Shown piece by piece: positions 1 through 9,391 of a stretch of DNA of 64,000 nt. The DNA comes from Bacillota bacterium (GTDB taxonomy: Bacteria; Bacillota; SHA-98; UBA4971), in NCBI GenBank assembly GCA_030024085.1, contig JASEJE010000015.1, positions 14,375-78,374 on the forward strand, given 5' to 3'. Made by a program: the position numbers and the translations under genes. Position 1 is the first letter of the stretch. Every line of letters begins with the position of its first letter. The notes beneath the pieces are model-generated. The model had not been told where the DNA came from, made no database searches, and saw only the letters and a program-made list of their open reading frames with translations.

Positions 1-884
1 GATACGTCATTCAAGACGTGGGCCTTTTCCCCCACATGACCATCGCCGAGAACATAGCGGTCGTGCCTCATCTCAAGAAGTGGGACCGCAAGCGCATCGC
101 CGAGCGCGTGGACGAGTTGCTCACGATGATGGGAATGCCCCCAGCGGAGTACCGCAACCGCTATCCACGCGAGTTGTCGGGCGGGCAGCGCCAGCGTATA
201 GGCGTTGCCAGGGCCATGGCCAGCGACCCACCAATACTCCTTATGGATGAACCTTTCGGAGCGCTCGACCCGATCACGCGAGAGAGACTGCAAAACGAGT
301 TTCTCAAGATCCAGGAGAAGCTCAAGAAGACCATCGTCTTCGTTACGCACGACATCGACGAGGCGATCAAGCTTGGAGATAAGGTGGCTATCATGCGTAA
401 AGGAAGACTCATCCAGTACGACGCCCCGTCTGCCGTACTCAACGAGCCGGCCGACGAATTCGTCGCGGATTTCGTCGGTCAGGACAGAACTCTCAAGAGC
501 CTCAGGCTCATCCGAACGTATGAGGTGATGGACGCCGATCCTCCGGCCCTCCACATCCAGGCGTCCGCCGCCGAGGCGCTATCACTGCTCTCCTCCTCCT
601 CAGGCCAAAAGTACGCGTGGGTTGTCGGCGATGCACGTGAGCTGAAAGGCCTGATTGCGCGGAAGGACGTGCTGGAGGCTGACGCGTCAGGGGATGCGAA
701 GATAGCGGATATCGTCAACACAAATGTGGTATCAGTCGAGCGCGATACGACTGTGAAGGACGCGCTTTCAGAGATGCTCTCCTATGGGCTCGCGCGAGTG
801 CCGGTGGTAGGACCGGAAGGACGCTTGGAGGGCGTCCTGACCTTCGACAGCATTCGCAAGGTCCTCGCGAGAATCGACTCCTGA
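1..884 (+). CDS. ABC transporter ATP-binding subunit with C-terminal CBS pair, glycine betaine/carnitine/choline (OpuA/OpuC) type; 5' end lies outside the window
   Basis: ORF 18..884 has the LSGGQRQR ABC signature, Walker B LLMDEPFGALD, H-loop VTHD and a CBS-like C-terminus. Walker A is missing, so the gene starts upstream of position 1. Confidence 0.85.
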   Translation, partial: YVIQDVGLFPHMTIAENIAVVPHLKKWDRKRIAERVDELLTMMGMPPAEYRNRYPRELSGGQRQRIGVARAMASDPPILLMDEPFGALDPITRERLQNEFLKIQEKLKKTIVFVTHDIDEAIKLGDKVAIMRKGRLIQYDAPSAVLNEPADEFVADFVGQDRTLKSLRLIRTYEVMDADPPALHIQASAAEALSLLSSSSGQKYAWVVGDARELKGLIARKDVLEADASGDAKIADIVNTNVVSVERDTTVKDALSEMLSYGLARVPVVGPEGRLEGVLTFDSIRKVLARIDS

Positions 885-914
885 AGTAGGCTGACCGATA
901 GGGGGTGATCGTGG

Positions 915-1568
915 ATGGACTGGGGTCTGCTTTGGGGCGAGATCCAGAGGCTGAGCATCCAGCACATGATCCTGGTGGCAGTAGGTGGCGGCATGGCGAT
1001 CGTCGTCGGCGTGCCTGCTGGCATATTGATCTCGCGCCCCGCATTTGGCCGGTTTGCCCAGACGGTTGTGGGGATCGCGAGCGTGGGCCAGACAGTGCCC
1101 AGCCTGGCAGTGGTGGGCATCATGATGCCTCTGCTTGGCGTCGGGTTCAAGCCCGCCGTATTCGCCCTGTTCGTATACGCTCTTCTGCCCGTCGTGCTGA
1201 ACACTTACGCGGGAATACGGAACATCGACCCCAGCATCATCGAGGCCGGGCGCGGGATGGGCATGACCGGCGCACAGATCCTTTTCAAGGTCGAACTCCC
1301 GCTTGCCTTCTCGGTGATAATGGCCGGGATAAGGACAGCCATGGTCATCTGCGTGGGAACGGCCACGTTCGCCCATCTCATAGGCGGCGGCGGTCTCGGC
1401 GACCTCATATTCCTCGGGATAGCGCTCCTGGACATGACCACGCTGCTCGCGGGAGCGATCTCCGCTGCTATCCTCGCCGTACTCGTGGATTTCCTCTTTG
1501 GTCGTATCGTGCGCGCCTGCACACCCCGGGGCATCGCACCGGCCAGCTCGCCTGAGGCAGCCAAATGA
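915..1568 (+). CDS. ABC transporter permease (OpuCB/OpuBB-like, binding-protein-dependent transport family)
   Basis: 217-aa hydrophobic protein with multiple TM helices and an EAA-like loop (IEAGRGMGMTG). It follows the ATPase after a 30-nt gap. Confidence 0.8.
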   Translation: MDWGLLWGEIQRLSIQHMILVAVGGGMAIVVGVPAGILISRPAFGRFAQTVVGIASVGQTVPSLAVVGIMMPLLGVGFKPAVFALFVYALLPVVLNTYAGIRNIDPSIIEAGRGMGMTGAQILFKVELPLAFSVIMAGIRTAMVICVGTATFAHLIGGGGLGDLIFLGIALLDMTTLLAGAISAAILAVLVDFLFGRIVRACTPRGIAPASSPEAAK

Positions 1569-1629
1569 GGGCCTCGGGGATACCAGATCCACTGAAGTAC
1601 ACTGAAGTAAACGAAAGGGGAGTACAACA

Positions 1630-2538
1630 GTGAAAAGATGCCTGACTCTTCTCATCGTGGGAAGCCTGCTCGTCATGCTCCTCGGCGCAGGAGCGAGCGC
1701 GGCCAAGCCTACGATAGTAGTGGCGTCCAAGAACTTCACGGAGCAAGTGATCCTCGGCAGCATAATGAACATCCTCCTTGAAGAGAACGGGTTCCGGGTT
1801 GACGATAAGCTGGACCTGGGCGGCACGTCCATATGCCGGAAGGCCCTCGAGACGGGGCAGATAGACGTGTACATGGAGTATACCGGCACCGCTCTGGTGG
1901 TGTTCCACAAACACAAGGAAGTGGTCACCGATCCCGAACTCGCGTACAAGCTGGTTTCTGAGGCCGATAAGAAGAAAGGGCTGATCTGGCTCAACAAGGC
2001 CGAGTTCAACAACACTTACACGCTGATGATGAGGCGTGAGGACGCGGAAGCCAAAGGGATCAAGACCATTTCTGACCTGGCGAAATACGTGACCGAGCAT
2101 CCGGAGAAGATCTCCTTCGCCACCGACGCCGAGTTCGTGGCGAGGCCCGACGGCTTCCCAGCGCTGGAAAAGCACTACGGGTTCAAGTTCCCTCGAAACA
2201 AGATCATCAAGATGGACCCGGGCCTTGTCTACCAGGCAATCAAGGAAAAGAAGGTCAACGTCTCCATGGGGTTCGCGACAGACGGTCGCATAGAGGGGTT
2301 CGGGCTCGTGAACCTCATCGACGACAAGCAGTTCTTCCCCGTGTACAACCCGGCACCCGTGGTCCGCAGGGAAGTGCTGGATAAGTACCCGGAGGTGGGG
2401 GGCCTCCTTAACAAGATAGGCCCGTTGCTTGACACGAAGACCATGACACGCATGAACTACCTGGTGGATATCGAGCATAAGGACGCATCGGCCGTGGCCC
2501 GGGATTGGCTCGTGAGCGTCGGTCTGATCGATAAGTAG
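1630..2538 (+). CDS. osmoprotectant (glycine betaine/choline) ABC transporter substrate-binding protein with signal peptide
   Basis: GTG start. N-terminal signal peptide (LLIVGSLLVMLLGAGASA). OpuAC-family features. Third gene of the transporter operon. Confidence 0.8.
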   Translation: MKRCLTLLIVGSLLVMLLGAGASAAKPTIVVASKNFTEQVILGSIMNILLEENGFRVDDKLDLGGTSICRKALETGQIDVYMEYTGTALVVFHKHKEVVTDPELAYKLVSEADKKKGLIWLNKAEFNNTYTLMMRREDAEAKGIKTISDLAKYVTEHPEKISFATDAEFVARPDGFPALEKHYGFKFPRNKIIKMDPGLVYQAIKEKKVNVSMGFATDGRIEGFGLVNLIDDKQFFPVYNPAPVVRREVLDKYPEVGGLLNKIGPLLDTKTMTRMNYLVDIEHKDASAVARDWLVSVGLIDK

Positions 2539-2564
2539 CGACAAACACCGGAAAGTAGCAAGAA

Positions 2565-2601
2565 CTGATGTTGGCCCTCGCTTCGCGAGGGCCAACATCA
2601 G
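2565..2601. terminator. 17-bp perfect GC-rich hairpin (CTGATGTTGGCCCTCGC-ttcg-GCGAGGGCCAACATCAG). Probable bidirectional terminator between the convergent opu operon and ald.
   Basis: Perfect inverted repeat 27 nt after the SBP stop codon. A T-rich run follows on the minus strand (TTCTTGCTACTTTCC). Confidence 0.5.
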
Positions 2602-2881
2602 CATAACAATGTCACCATACCACAGACAGATCCCGAGAAGCGAGCAGCAGCTTCGGGCCCCCAGGCCTTGCGGAATCTTCGCTTCATGCAAACACAGGGA
2701 AGGCCACCATGATCGGCAACCCATTACAGGCACTCTAGGCTTCCGGCCATGAACCTAGCGCCAGCATCTGCAGCAGGCACGCCCAGGCGAGGTGGTCCGA
2801 GAGACTGTGCTTTGTTTCACAAATGCCTACAAACCACTACCTCCCTTAACCCAATTGGGCCGCCGGCACGATCGGGAGAGG

Positions 2882-4018
2882 CTACGCCCCTGCGAGCACC
2901 TGGTCTGGGCTATGGTATTCGATCCCGAAAGCATCCGCCACGCCCTTGCACGTGAGCTTACCCTTGTAAGCGTTCAGGCCGAGCCTGAGGGCCGGGTCAC
3001 GCCTCATGGCCTCCTCGGCGCCGAGGTCCGCGATCTTGATCGCATACGGGAGCGTCACGTTTGTCAGTGCGAACGTGGACGTCCTCGGGAACGCGCCGGG
3101 CATATTCGCGACCGCGTAGTGCAACACGCCGTCCACGAAGTAGGTGGGATTCGCGTGCGTGGTGGGATGGATGGTCTCGATGCACCCTCCCTGGTCAACC
3201 GCGACGTCCACGATGACCGCGCCCTTCTTCATAAGCTTGATCATGTCTCGGGTGACCAGCTTCGGCGCCTTCGCGCCGGGTATCAGGACGGCCCCAATCA
3301 CGAGGTCCGCGTCTGCAAGCGCCGCCTCTATGGAGTGCCTGTTGGAGTACAGTATCTTCACGTTCTTCGGCAATATGTGGGACAGGTACCTCATGCGGTT
3401 GATGGAGACCTCGAACACCGTCACCTGCGCGCCGAGTCCCGCCGCCATTATGGCCGCGTTCGTGCCCACCGTGCCACCGCCGATGACCACGACATGAGCG
3501 GGTTCCACGCCGGGGATTCCGCCCATGAGCACGCCGCGACCGCCTTTCGGCCCCGCAAGGTAGTTGGCGCCCACGATGGCGGCCATCGCGCCGGCCACTT
3601 CACTCATGGGCGAAAGAAGTGGCAGGCTGCCGTCGGAAAGCTGCACGGTCTCGTAGGCGATTGCCACTATGCCGGAGTCCAGCACCGCTCTGGTCAGAGT
3701 CTCGTCGGATGCAAGGTGGAAGTACGTGAACATTGCCTGGCCGCGCTTCATCAGCGGGTACTCGGGCGGCAGAGGTTCCTTGATTTTCATGATCATGTCC
3801 GCCTGCGACCAGAGGGCGGCCACGTTCTCGATGATGCGTGCGCCCGCGCGGGAGTAATCTTCGTCGGATATGCCGCTACCCAGCCCTGCCCCCTTTTCCA
3901 CGAGCACCGTGTGGCCCCTGTCCGCAAGCGCCATGACCCCCGACGGAACGATCGCCACGCGGTTCTCGTTGTCCTTGATCTCCTTCGGGACCCCGACTAT
4001 CAACTCGACCACCTCCAT
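2882..4018 (-). CDS. ald: alanine dehydrogenase
   Basis: 378 aa. N-terminal MEVVELIVGVPKEIKDNENRVAIVP. NAD-binding motif VVVIGGGTVGTNAA. Full-length AlaDH/PNT family architecture. Confidence 0.9.
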   Translation of the reverse strand: MEVVELIVGVPKEIKDNENRVAIVPSGVMALADRGHTVLVEKGAGLGSGISDEDYSRAGARIIENVAALWSQADMIMKIKEPLPPEYPLMKRGQAMFTYFHLASDETLTRAVLDSGIVAIAYETVQLSDGSLPLLSPMSEVAGAMAAIVGANYLAGPKGGRGVLMGGIPGVEPAHVVVIGGGTVGTNAAIMAAGLGAQVTVFEVSINRMRYLSHILPKNVKILYSNRHSIEAALADADLVIGAVLIPGAKAPKLVTRDMIKLMKKGAVIVDVAVDQGGCIETIHPTTHANPTYFVDGVLHYAVANMPGAFPRTSTFALTNVTLPYAIKIADLGAEEAMRRDPALRLGLNAYKGKLTCKGVADAFGIEYHSPDQVLAGA

Positions 4019-4293
4019 AATGACGTCACGAAAACCCGGGATCCGCCCGCTTGTTGTATGATTCTACTCCGGGTATCATAATCCTTCCAGCCCGGCGCAA
4101 AACGCGGACGCCGGGCGCATTCGGTCCGCAACCCGGCTGCTGGTCCCCACCTCGATCGGTCCCTGGCTCACTTGAGTATGGCACGTCGCACACACAACAG
4201 CAAGCTGCGCCTCGCCCTCAGCGAAACGCAGCCTGTCTTCGGACGATTTGTCGGCCTCAAGCCCCCGCAGCCGTGCTCAGGTCGGGGTGCGAC

Positions 4294-4504
4294 CCTAAGT
4301 AGATCGCCACGAATTCGCGCTACTTTTCAGCGCGCAAGTCCTGTCCGGGGTTGCCGGTACTGCCCTCCGGGGACGGCGCGTGCGGTGAGATGCGTTCGAA
4401 TTCGGCGCTCAAGGCTAGCCAAATTCCAGGCGCCCCGCCCTAGCAAGCACCGGCAACCCCAACACCGTCAGGAGAAGGGCGCAAACTCATGGCGCCATAC
4501 TTAG
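4294..4504 (-). repeat. Copy 1 of a structured intergenic repeat family (MITE-like) with TIRs CTAAGTAGATCGCCAC / TGGCGCCATACTTAG
   Basis: Near-identical to the segments at 10840-10984, 12109-12320 and 16348-16533. Contains an internal 13-bp inverted repeat GGGGTTGCCGGTA...CACCGGCAACCCC and a hairpin GAATTCGGC-n-GCCAAATTC. Its terminal CTTAG provides the TAA stop of ORF 4501..5019. Confidence 0.8.
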
Positions 4505-5019
4505 AAGTTCATCCCCACCAGCACGCGGAAAGAGCTTCCGCCATCTCCCGCGCTGCTGTAAAGCCCTTCGCCTGCGAGCCAGAACGGCGACATGATGTTG
4601 GCCTTGACGCCGCCGAGCAGTTCGAACCAGGAGTCGCTGCCGCTCATGAGAGCCACTCCGCCTCTGCCGTACACGTCGATCTGCGGGCTGACCGGCTGCT
4701 GACCGTACACGCCAATCTTGAAGATGTTGGCGTTGTATCCCTCGACCAGCTTCACTCCGCCGAACGCCCCCACTGAGGCGGCGCCGAAGCTCTGGAGAGC
4801 GAGTTTACCATACAGCTCGGTCTCGCTCGCGTTCTCGTGGCCGACGTAGTCGAACCCGAAAGCCACTTTATCAGAAAGGCTGAGTTCTCCGGTCAGCGTG
4901 AGGTGCGACTGATTCTCGTGGAAGTAGTACCCCACACCGATCTTGTTCTCTGCGGATGCGACCCCCGCCACTGCCAGCATCATAACGACGGCGACGGCCA
5001 GGCAAATTGCCTTCTTCAT
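4501..5019 (-). CDS. small secreted beta-barrel outer-membrane-like protein (signal peptide, C-terminal Phe)
   Basis: RBS AAGGAGGG 7 nt before the ATG. Signal peptide MKKAICLAVAVVMMLAVAGVASA. Gly/aromatic-rich alternating pattern. Ends ...VLVGMNF, an OMP-type C-terminal Phe. Confidence 0.5.
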   Translation of the reverse strand: MKKAICLAVAVVMMLAVAGVASAENKIGVGYYFHENQSHLTLTGELSLSDKVAFGFDYVGHENASETELYGKLALQSFGAASVGAFGGVKLVEGYNANIFKIGVYGQQPVSPQIDVYGRGGVALMSGSDSWFELLGGVKANIMSPFWLAGEGLYSSAGDGGSSFRVLVGMNF

Positions 5020-5109
5020 CGATATCCCTCCTTGCTTGAGTTGACTTCACGATATGATTCGACGGGAGGATCGAAACTCCTCCCCTGCCGGGGAAAACAT
5101 TCTCTGGAA

Positions 5110-6081
5110 TCAGACGAGGAACTCCCCGCGCACCACCTCCCACATCGCCGGATCCTCCGAGCCAAGCCGCCAGAAAGCTATCCCGTCGATGCCACGCCCT
5201 TTGACGAGCCTGAGTTTAAGCCTGAGGCTCTCGAGGTCCTCATAGTATATGACGTGCTCTGCGTCGCCGTCATAGTAGCGGATGACCGGACACGCCGCCC
5301 GCTCGTCCCATGCCGGCTGCAGGCCCGGTCTGGCAAGCACTTCCTTCGCCTTTTTCGGGTCCACTCCGCGCCCCTGCGACGCCACCCCTTTCTCGATGGT
5401 CCAGTGGCGGCCATAGAATGGAAGGCCCATCACGATCTTCTCCTTCGGGACACACGTGAGCGCGTAGTCGAGCACCTTCTCGAGCCACCAGAGAGGCGCG
5501 ACCGGTCCCGGCGGCCCTCCCGCCGGTGAATAGTCGTAGCCCATGATGATGAGGTGATCCACAAGCGGGGCAAGGCCGGGATAGTCGTATGCTTGGGCCC
5601 ATCCAGTATCGCCGGGAGCGGGGGGCGCGGTTTGCGCAACCACGTCCACGGAGAGGTGCTTGCCGTGGGGCTTGAGAAGGCGCGCGAGTTCTGCGATGAG
5701 CAGCGCGTACCTCTCCCTGTCTCCTTTCAGAAAGGCGCCCTCGAAGTCCATGTTGATCCCGTCGAAAGCGCGCTCCACGACTAGGGAGGCGATGTTTCCG
5801 GCCGCACGCCGCCTGGTGTCAGCGGTGCGGAGGATCTCGTGAGCGACCTCGGGGCTGAACTTCTCGTTCGCGATCAGAGGCACGAGCACGGTGCCCGACG
5901 ACCTCGCGAACCTTACGGTGTCTCCTTCCTCCTCGCTCTTGATGTCTCCGTTCGCATCCATTGAGTACCAGCAGGGACTGATGTGAGTTATCACATCAGC
6001 GTGTTCTCTGTACGACTGAACGCTGTCCGCAGCGTATGGAACCTGCCAGCCCAACACCAGCCTACCCGCGGATCCACCCAT
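5110..6081 (-). CDS. glycoside hydrolase family 18 protein (YaaH/YdhD-like spore peptidoglycan hydrolase type, no LysM)
   Basis: GH18 catalytic motif DGINMDFEG. RBS GGGGGAGG precedes the start. Confidence 0.7.
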   Translation of the reverse strand: MGGSAGRLVLGWQVPYAADSVQSYREHADVITHISPCWYSMDANGDIKSEEEGDTVRFARSSGTVLVPLIANEKFSPEVAHEILRTADTRRRAAGNIASLVVERAFDGINMDFEGAFLKGDRERYALLIAELARLLKPHGKHLSVDVVAQTAPPAPGDTGWAQAYDYPGLAPLVDHLIIMGYDYSPAGGPPGPVAPLWWLEKVLDYALTCVPKEKIVMGLPFYGRHWTIEKGVASQGRGVDPKKAKEVLARPGLQPAWDERAACPVIRYYDGDAEHVIYYEDLESLRLKLRLVKGRGIDGIAFWRLGSEDPAMWEVVRGEFLV

Positions 6082-6370
6082 CGGGAACCTCCCCCTCCCC
6101 CTTGTAGCGTAAGTCCGCCGCCAGCCGACCCCCTATACCACAAACGGGCGAAGTCGACGGACATTCCCATATTTCGAGATACAGACGACAAAACCTCCTG
6201 ACGTCCTGCAACGCCGCAGCACCGCGACCTTGCGACACTATCGCGACGCGGCATGGCGATGCACCATCGCGGCGCCCCCTCTCGACTTTACATCCCGCCA
6301 CGAGAGGCCTCTTCTCGCCTTTCCGTCCTGTCATCGGTCGCCCAGTATCGACAACATTCTTATGTATTGC

Positions 6371-6399
6371 TTGACAATTGTCTACTTATGCCGTACAAT
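6371..6399 (+). promoter_or_regulatory. consensus sigma-A-type promoter TTGACA-17-TACAAT
   Basis: TTGACA at 6371-6376, a 17-nt spacer, TACAAT at 6394-6399. It points toward the codY-like gene with a ~415-nt leader. Confidence 0.5.
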
Positions 6400-6814
6400 G
6401 TGTCCGGAAAGCTGGACAGTTCCTCCATTCATGGTTAACCAGGGGCGTCATTGCCATTCGCCAGGGGCATGCAGGTGCGTGATGCACCGCTGGGCAACGG
6501 CTCCGTTTTGCAGGTTCGTGTGGGTTATCTCAAAACGAGACGTGCACCCGAACCCTCCTGCAGCACATGATGGCCAGGGCGACGGCGACGTCGCCACGGC
6601 GGCGCGGGGAGGGCGACGCGGCCGGGGCAACGCCGCCGGGTGGGAGCGATTTCCGGTCCACCTCCGTGGGCACCTCGCGCAAAACCAGCCGCCTTCGCTG
6701 ATGCACGCCTCAAGGCGGCGTGGAAGCGACAAGGATGGATGACAGCGAGACGATGGTCATCCAGGCACCAACACCCAGAGCAGAAGCAAAGGAACGAAAG
6801 GAGGAGACGTTGAC

Positions 6815-7747
6815 ATGAAGTGCCGGCAGACGCTCAAAGCAATGGTGGAAATCCTCCGGGAGAGCCCTCCTCAGGCAGGAGGCGACGAAGTGTGCTCCGT
6901 GGTCAGTAGACTCCTTGGCGGCGCCCGCGTCTACTTTGTGGACAGCAGCGGGCGCATAGCAGGAGACTCCGCTGTGACAGCCGACCCCAATCACAGGCAA
7001 GAGCCAGTGGAGGGGATGGAACCAGAGGCCGGGGCCAAGGCAGAGGCAGAGGCGGGAACGGCGACGCGAACTGGAGCAAGGCGTGACGAGTGGCGGTCGG
7101 GAGACACCCTCGCGCCTCGCACCGTGGCCTCGCTCTGGGCCGCCGCGGCAGGCAGCCCTGGAGTCGCACAGCTCGCGCTCGACGGCGAGTGGTACGCGGT
7201 AGCCCCCGTGACGGTGCTGCAGCGAACCCTCGGCCTCGTGGTCGCCCGCCTGACGCGTGAGCCTTCGCGGGACGAGCTCGAGATGCTGGGCCCGATCGCT
7301 ACGGCCGCCGGGGCGGTGCTTGCCGTGGGGTACCAGAGCGAAGAAGACGAGCGTGAACGCAGCCAGCGTGCCGCGCGTTCCGCCATCCAGAGCCTCTCGT
7401 ATTCCGAGATCATAGCCGTCCGGGCCATCCTCGACTCCCTCGACGATGACCAGGGGTTCCTGGTGGCCAGCAGGATCGCCGACAACGCAGGCATGACGCG
7501 CTCGGTGGTGGTGAACGCTCTCCGGAAGCTATCCTCGGCCAATCTGGTCAGGACGAGATCCCTCGGGATGAAGGGCACTTTCGTGAAGCTGCTCAACCCT
7601 GAACTCCGGACAGAACTCGAGGACACCGGGCTCGGACGCGAGGCCCTGCCTGGGCAGAGGTCCACCGATGAGCCCGTTCCACGCGGCGCCGCGGCGGCTG
7701 CAAGAAAGGGCAATGCATCACTTTACCACGGCTCGATTCATGCATAA
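6815..7747 (+). CDS. codY: CodY-family GTP/BCAA-sensing transcriptional regulator (divergent N-terminal GAF-like domain with a low-complexity insertion)
   Basis: C-terminal wHTH ASRIADNAGMTRSVVVNALRKLSSANLVRTRSLGMKGTFVKLLN closely matches the CodY DNA-binding domain. RBS AAAGGAGG. Confidence 0.7.
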   Translation: MKCRQTLKAMVEILRESPPQAGGDEVCSVVSRLLGGARVYFVDSSGRIAGDSAVTADPNHRQEPVEGMEPEAGAKAEAEAGTATRTGARRDEWRSGDTLAPRTVASLWAAAAGSPGVAQLALDGEWYAVAPVTVLQRTLGLVVARLTREPSRDELEMLGPIATAAGAVLAVGYQSEEDERERSQRAARSAIQSLSYSEIIAVRAILDSLDDDQGFLVASRIADNAGMTRSVVVNALRKLSSANLVRTRSLGMKGTFVKLLNPELRTELEDTGLGREALPGQRSTDEPVPRGAAAAARKGNASLYHGSIHA

Positions 7748-7890
7748 CGATCACGCGCGCGTAGGAACATACATCATGAGCATGCCGGTGCCGGCTTCCC
7801 TCCCAGGGGCCGGTGCCGGCGATTGGCGCAAGGAGACCTGGAGCCACCCCGGACGCGGCCGCCGGGCTGGATGAAGGAGGCGCCGGAACG

Positions 7891-8079
7891 ATGGCGAAAG
7901 TGACAGTCGACGAGAACCTCTGCATCGGATGCGGCCTTTGCTCCGAGATATGTCCCGAGGTGTTCGAGATGGGAGACGACGGACAGGCGCACGCGTCTCA
8001 CCCCGAGGAATGCGACAGCCTCCCATGTTGCAAGGAGGCCGCGGAATCTTGCCCTGTGGAAGCCATCAAGATCGAGTGA
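7891..8079 (+). CDS. fdx: ferredoxin, single [4Fe-4S] type
   Basis: 62 aa. MAKVTVDENLCIGCGLCSEICPEVFEM...CPVEAIKIE. CxxCxxC...CP cluster motif. RBS GAAGGAGG 8 nt upstream. Confidence 0.8.
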   Translation: MAKVTVDENLCIGCGLCSEICPEVFEMGDDGQAHASHPEECDSLPCCKEAAESCPVEAIKIE

Positions 8080-8108
8080 CTCGAATACGAGGAGGTCGCC
8101 GGCGCGTC

Positions 8109-8348
8109 ATGAACGCTGATTCAGCAGGCTCCGGCTACGAGAGCACGCTCGTGCTCCATATCGAGGGAATGAGCTGCAATCACTGCCGCATAGCTGTGCA
8201 GCGGGCGCTCCTCCAGGTTCCCGGCGTGAGGACCGCGGAGGTGGACCTTGCATCCGGGACCGCCAAGGTGACGTTCGACCCGACAAGGGCGAACCGCCTG
8301 GAGATGGAGAAGGCCGTCGAGGGGGAGGGCTACCGCGTCTCATCCTGA
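8109..8348 (+). CDS. copZ: heavy-metal-associated (HMA) domain protein, copper chaperone CopZ-like
   Basis: 79 aa with the GMSCNHC (MxCxxC) metal-binding motif. RBS GAGGAGG. Confidence 0.75.
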   Translation: MNADSAGSGYESTLVLHIEGMSCNHCRIAVQRALLQVPGVRTAEVDLASGTAKVTFDPTRANRLEMEKAVEGEGYRVSS

Positions 8349-9391
8349 GGCCGGGGCAGATCGGCGACCACGGAAGGCGGGCCCCCGACCACGTGCACCG
8401 TCGCGCCGCAGGCCGGGCACTTGCCGGCTTTGACCTTGTACGCCACAAGGTCGAACCCGCTTCGCTCGATGAGGGGCTCCCCGCACGTACAGCAATGCGT
8501 GTCGTTGCCCTCGCCGCCGGGCACGTTTCCCATGTACACGTACTTAAGCATCTTGCGCGCGATCCCCACCGCCGTCCGCAGCGTGCTGACGGGCGTCGGC
8601 GGCGCGTCGAACCTGTAAGCCGGGAAATACCTGGAGAAATGCAGTGGCGTGTCGTCCCCCAGCGACGATGCGACCCACTGCACCAGCTTTCGTATCTCGT
8701 CCAGTGAGTCGTTGTGGCCGGGAATCACAAGGTTCGTGATCTCGACGTGGCATCCCGCCGCCTTCGACATCTCGGCCGTCCGCAGGACGGGCTCGAGCTT
8801 GCCATGGCATATCCTCGCGTAAAACGACTCCGTGAACGCCTTGACGTCGATGTTCATGGCGTCGATGTGTGGGAGGAGCTTCCTGAGGGGGTCCTCATTG
8901 ATTTCCCCGTTCGTGACGAGGACGTTTTTCAGCCCGCGCTCGTGCACCAGCTTCGCGGCATCCACCACGAACTCGTACCATATGAGCGGCTCGGAGTACG
9001 TATAGGCCACGCCAATCGACCGGCCGCGCCGGCCATACTCGGCCGCCGCCGCGGCGAGTTCCTCGGGTGTGATCCCCTGTGTCTCGGCATCCTCCTGGGA
9101 GATGTGCCAGTTCTGGCAGAATCCGCACGCGAGGTTGCAGCCCCTGGTGCCTACAGAAAGGATGTCCCACCCTGGATAGAAGTGATAGAGCGGCTTCTTC
9201 TCGATCGGGTCGAGGCCAAAGGACGTGACCTCACCGTAAATGAGGGAATACAGCCGGCCGTCTATGTTCTTTCTGGCCCTGCACACCCCCACCCGGCCAG
9301 GCCTTATCCTGCAGTACTGCGGACAGAGGAGGCACGTCACCACGCCCTCCTCCTGGTTCTCCTTCCGCCAGAATGACGCCTCTCGCATCAC
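8330..9391 (-). CDS. amrS: AmmeMemoRadiSam system radical SAM enzyme
   Basis: CNLACGFCQNW CxxxCxxC radical SAM motif. The N-terminal CPQYC Cys pair is typical of this family. Immediately downstream of the Memo/AMMECR1 gene with a 4-nt overlap. Confidence 0.8.
   Translation of the reverse strand: MMREASFWRKENQEEGVVTCLLCPQYCRIRPGRVGVCRARKNIDGRLYSLIYGEVTSFGLDPIEKKPLYHFYPGWDILSVGTRGCNLACGFCQNWHISQEDAETQGITPEELAAAAAEYGRRGRSIGVAYTYSEPLIWYEFVVDAAKLVHERGLKNVLVTNGEINEDPLRKLLPHIDAMNIDVKAFTESFYARICHGKLEPVLRTAEMSKAAGCHVEITNLVIPGHNDSLDEIRKLVQWVASSLGDDTPLHFSRYFPAYRFDAPPTPVSTLRTAVGIARKMLKYVYMGNVPGGEGNDTHCCTCGEPLIERSGFDLVAYKVKAGKCPACGATVHVVGGPPSVVADLPRPQDETR

Noticed and set aside
6230-6742. 170-aa plus-strand ORF in the codY leader
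   Set aside because: No RBS, an Arg/Ala/Gly-rich product, and overlapping antisense ORFs of similar quality. It looks like GC-rich noise.
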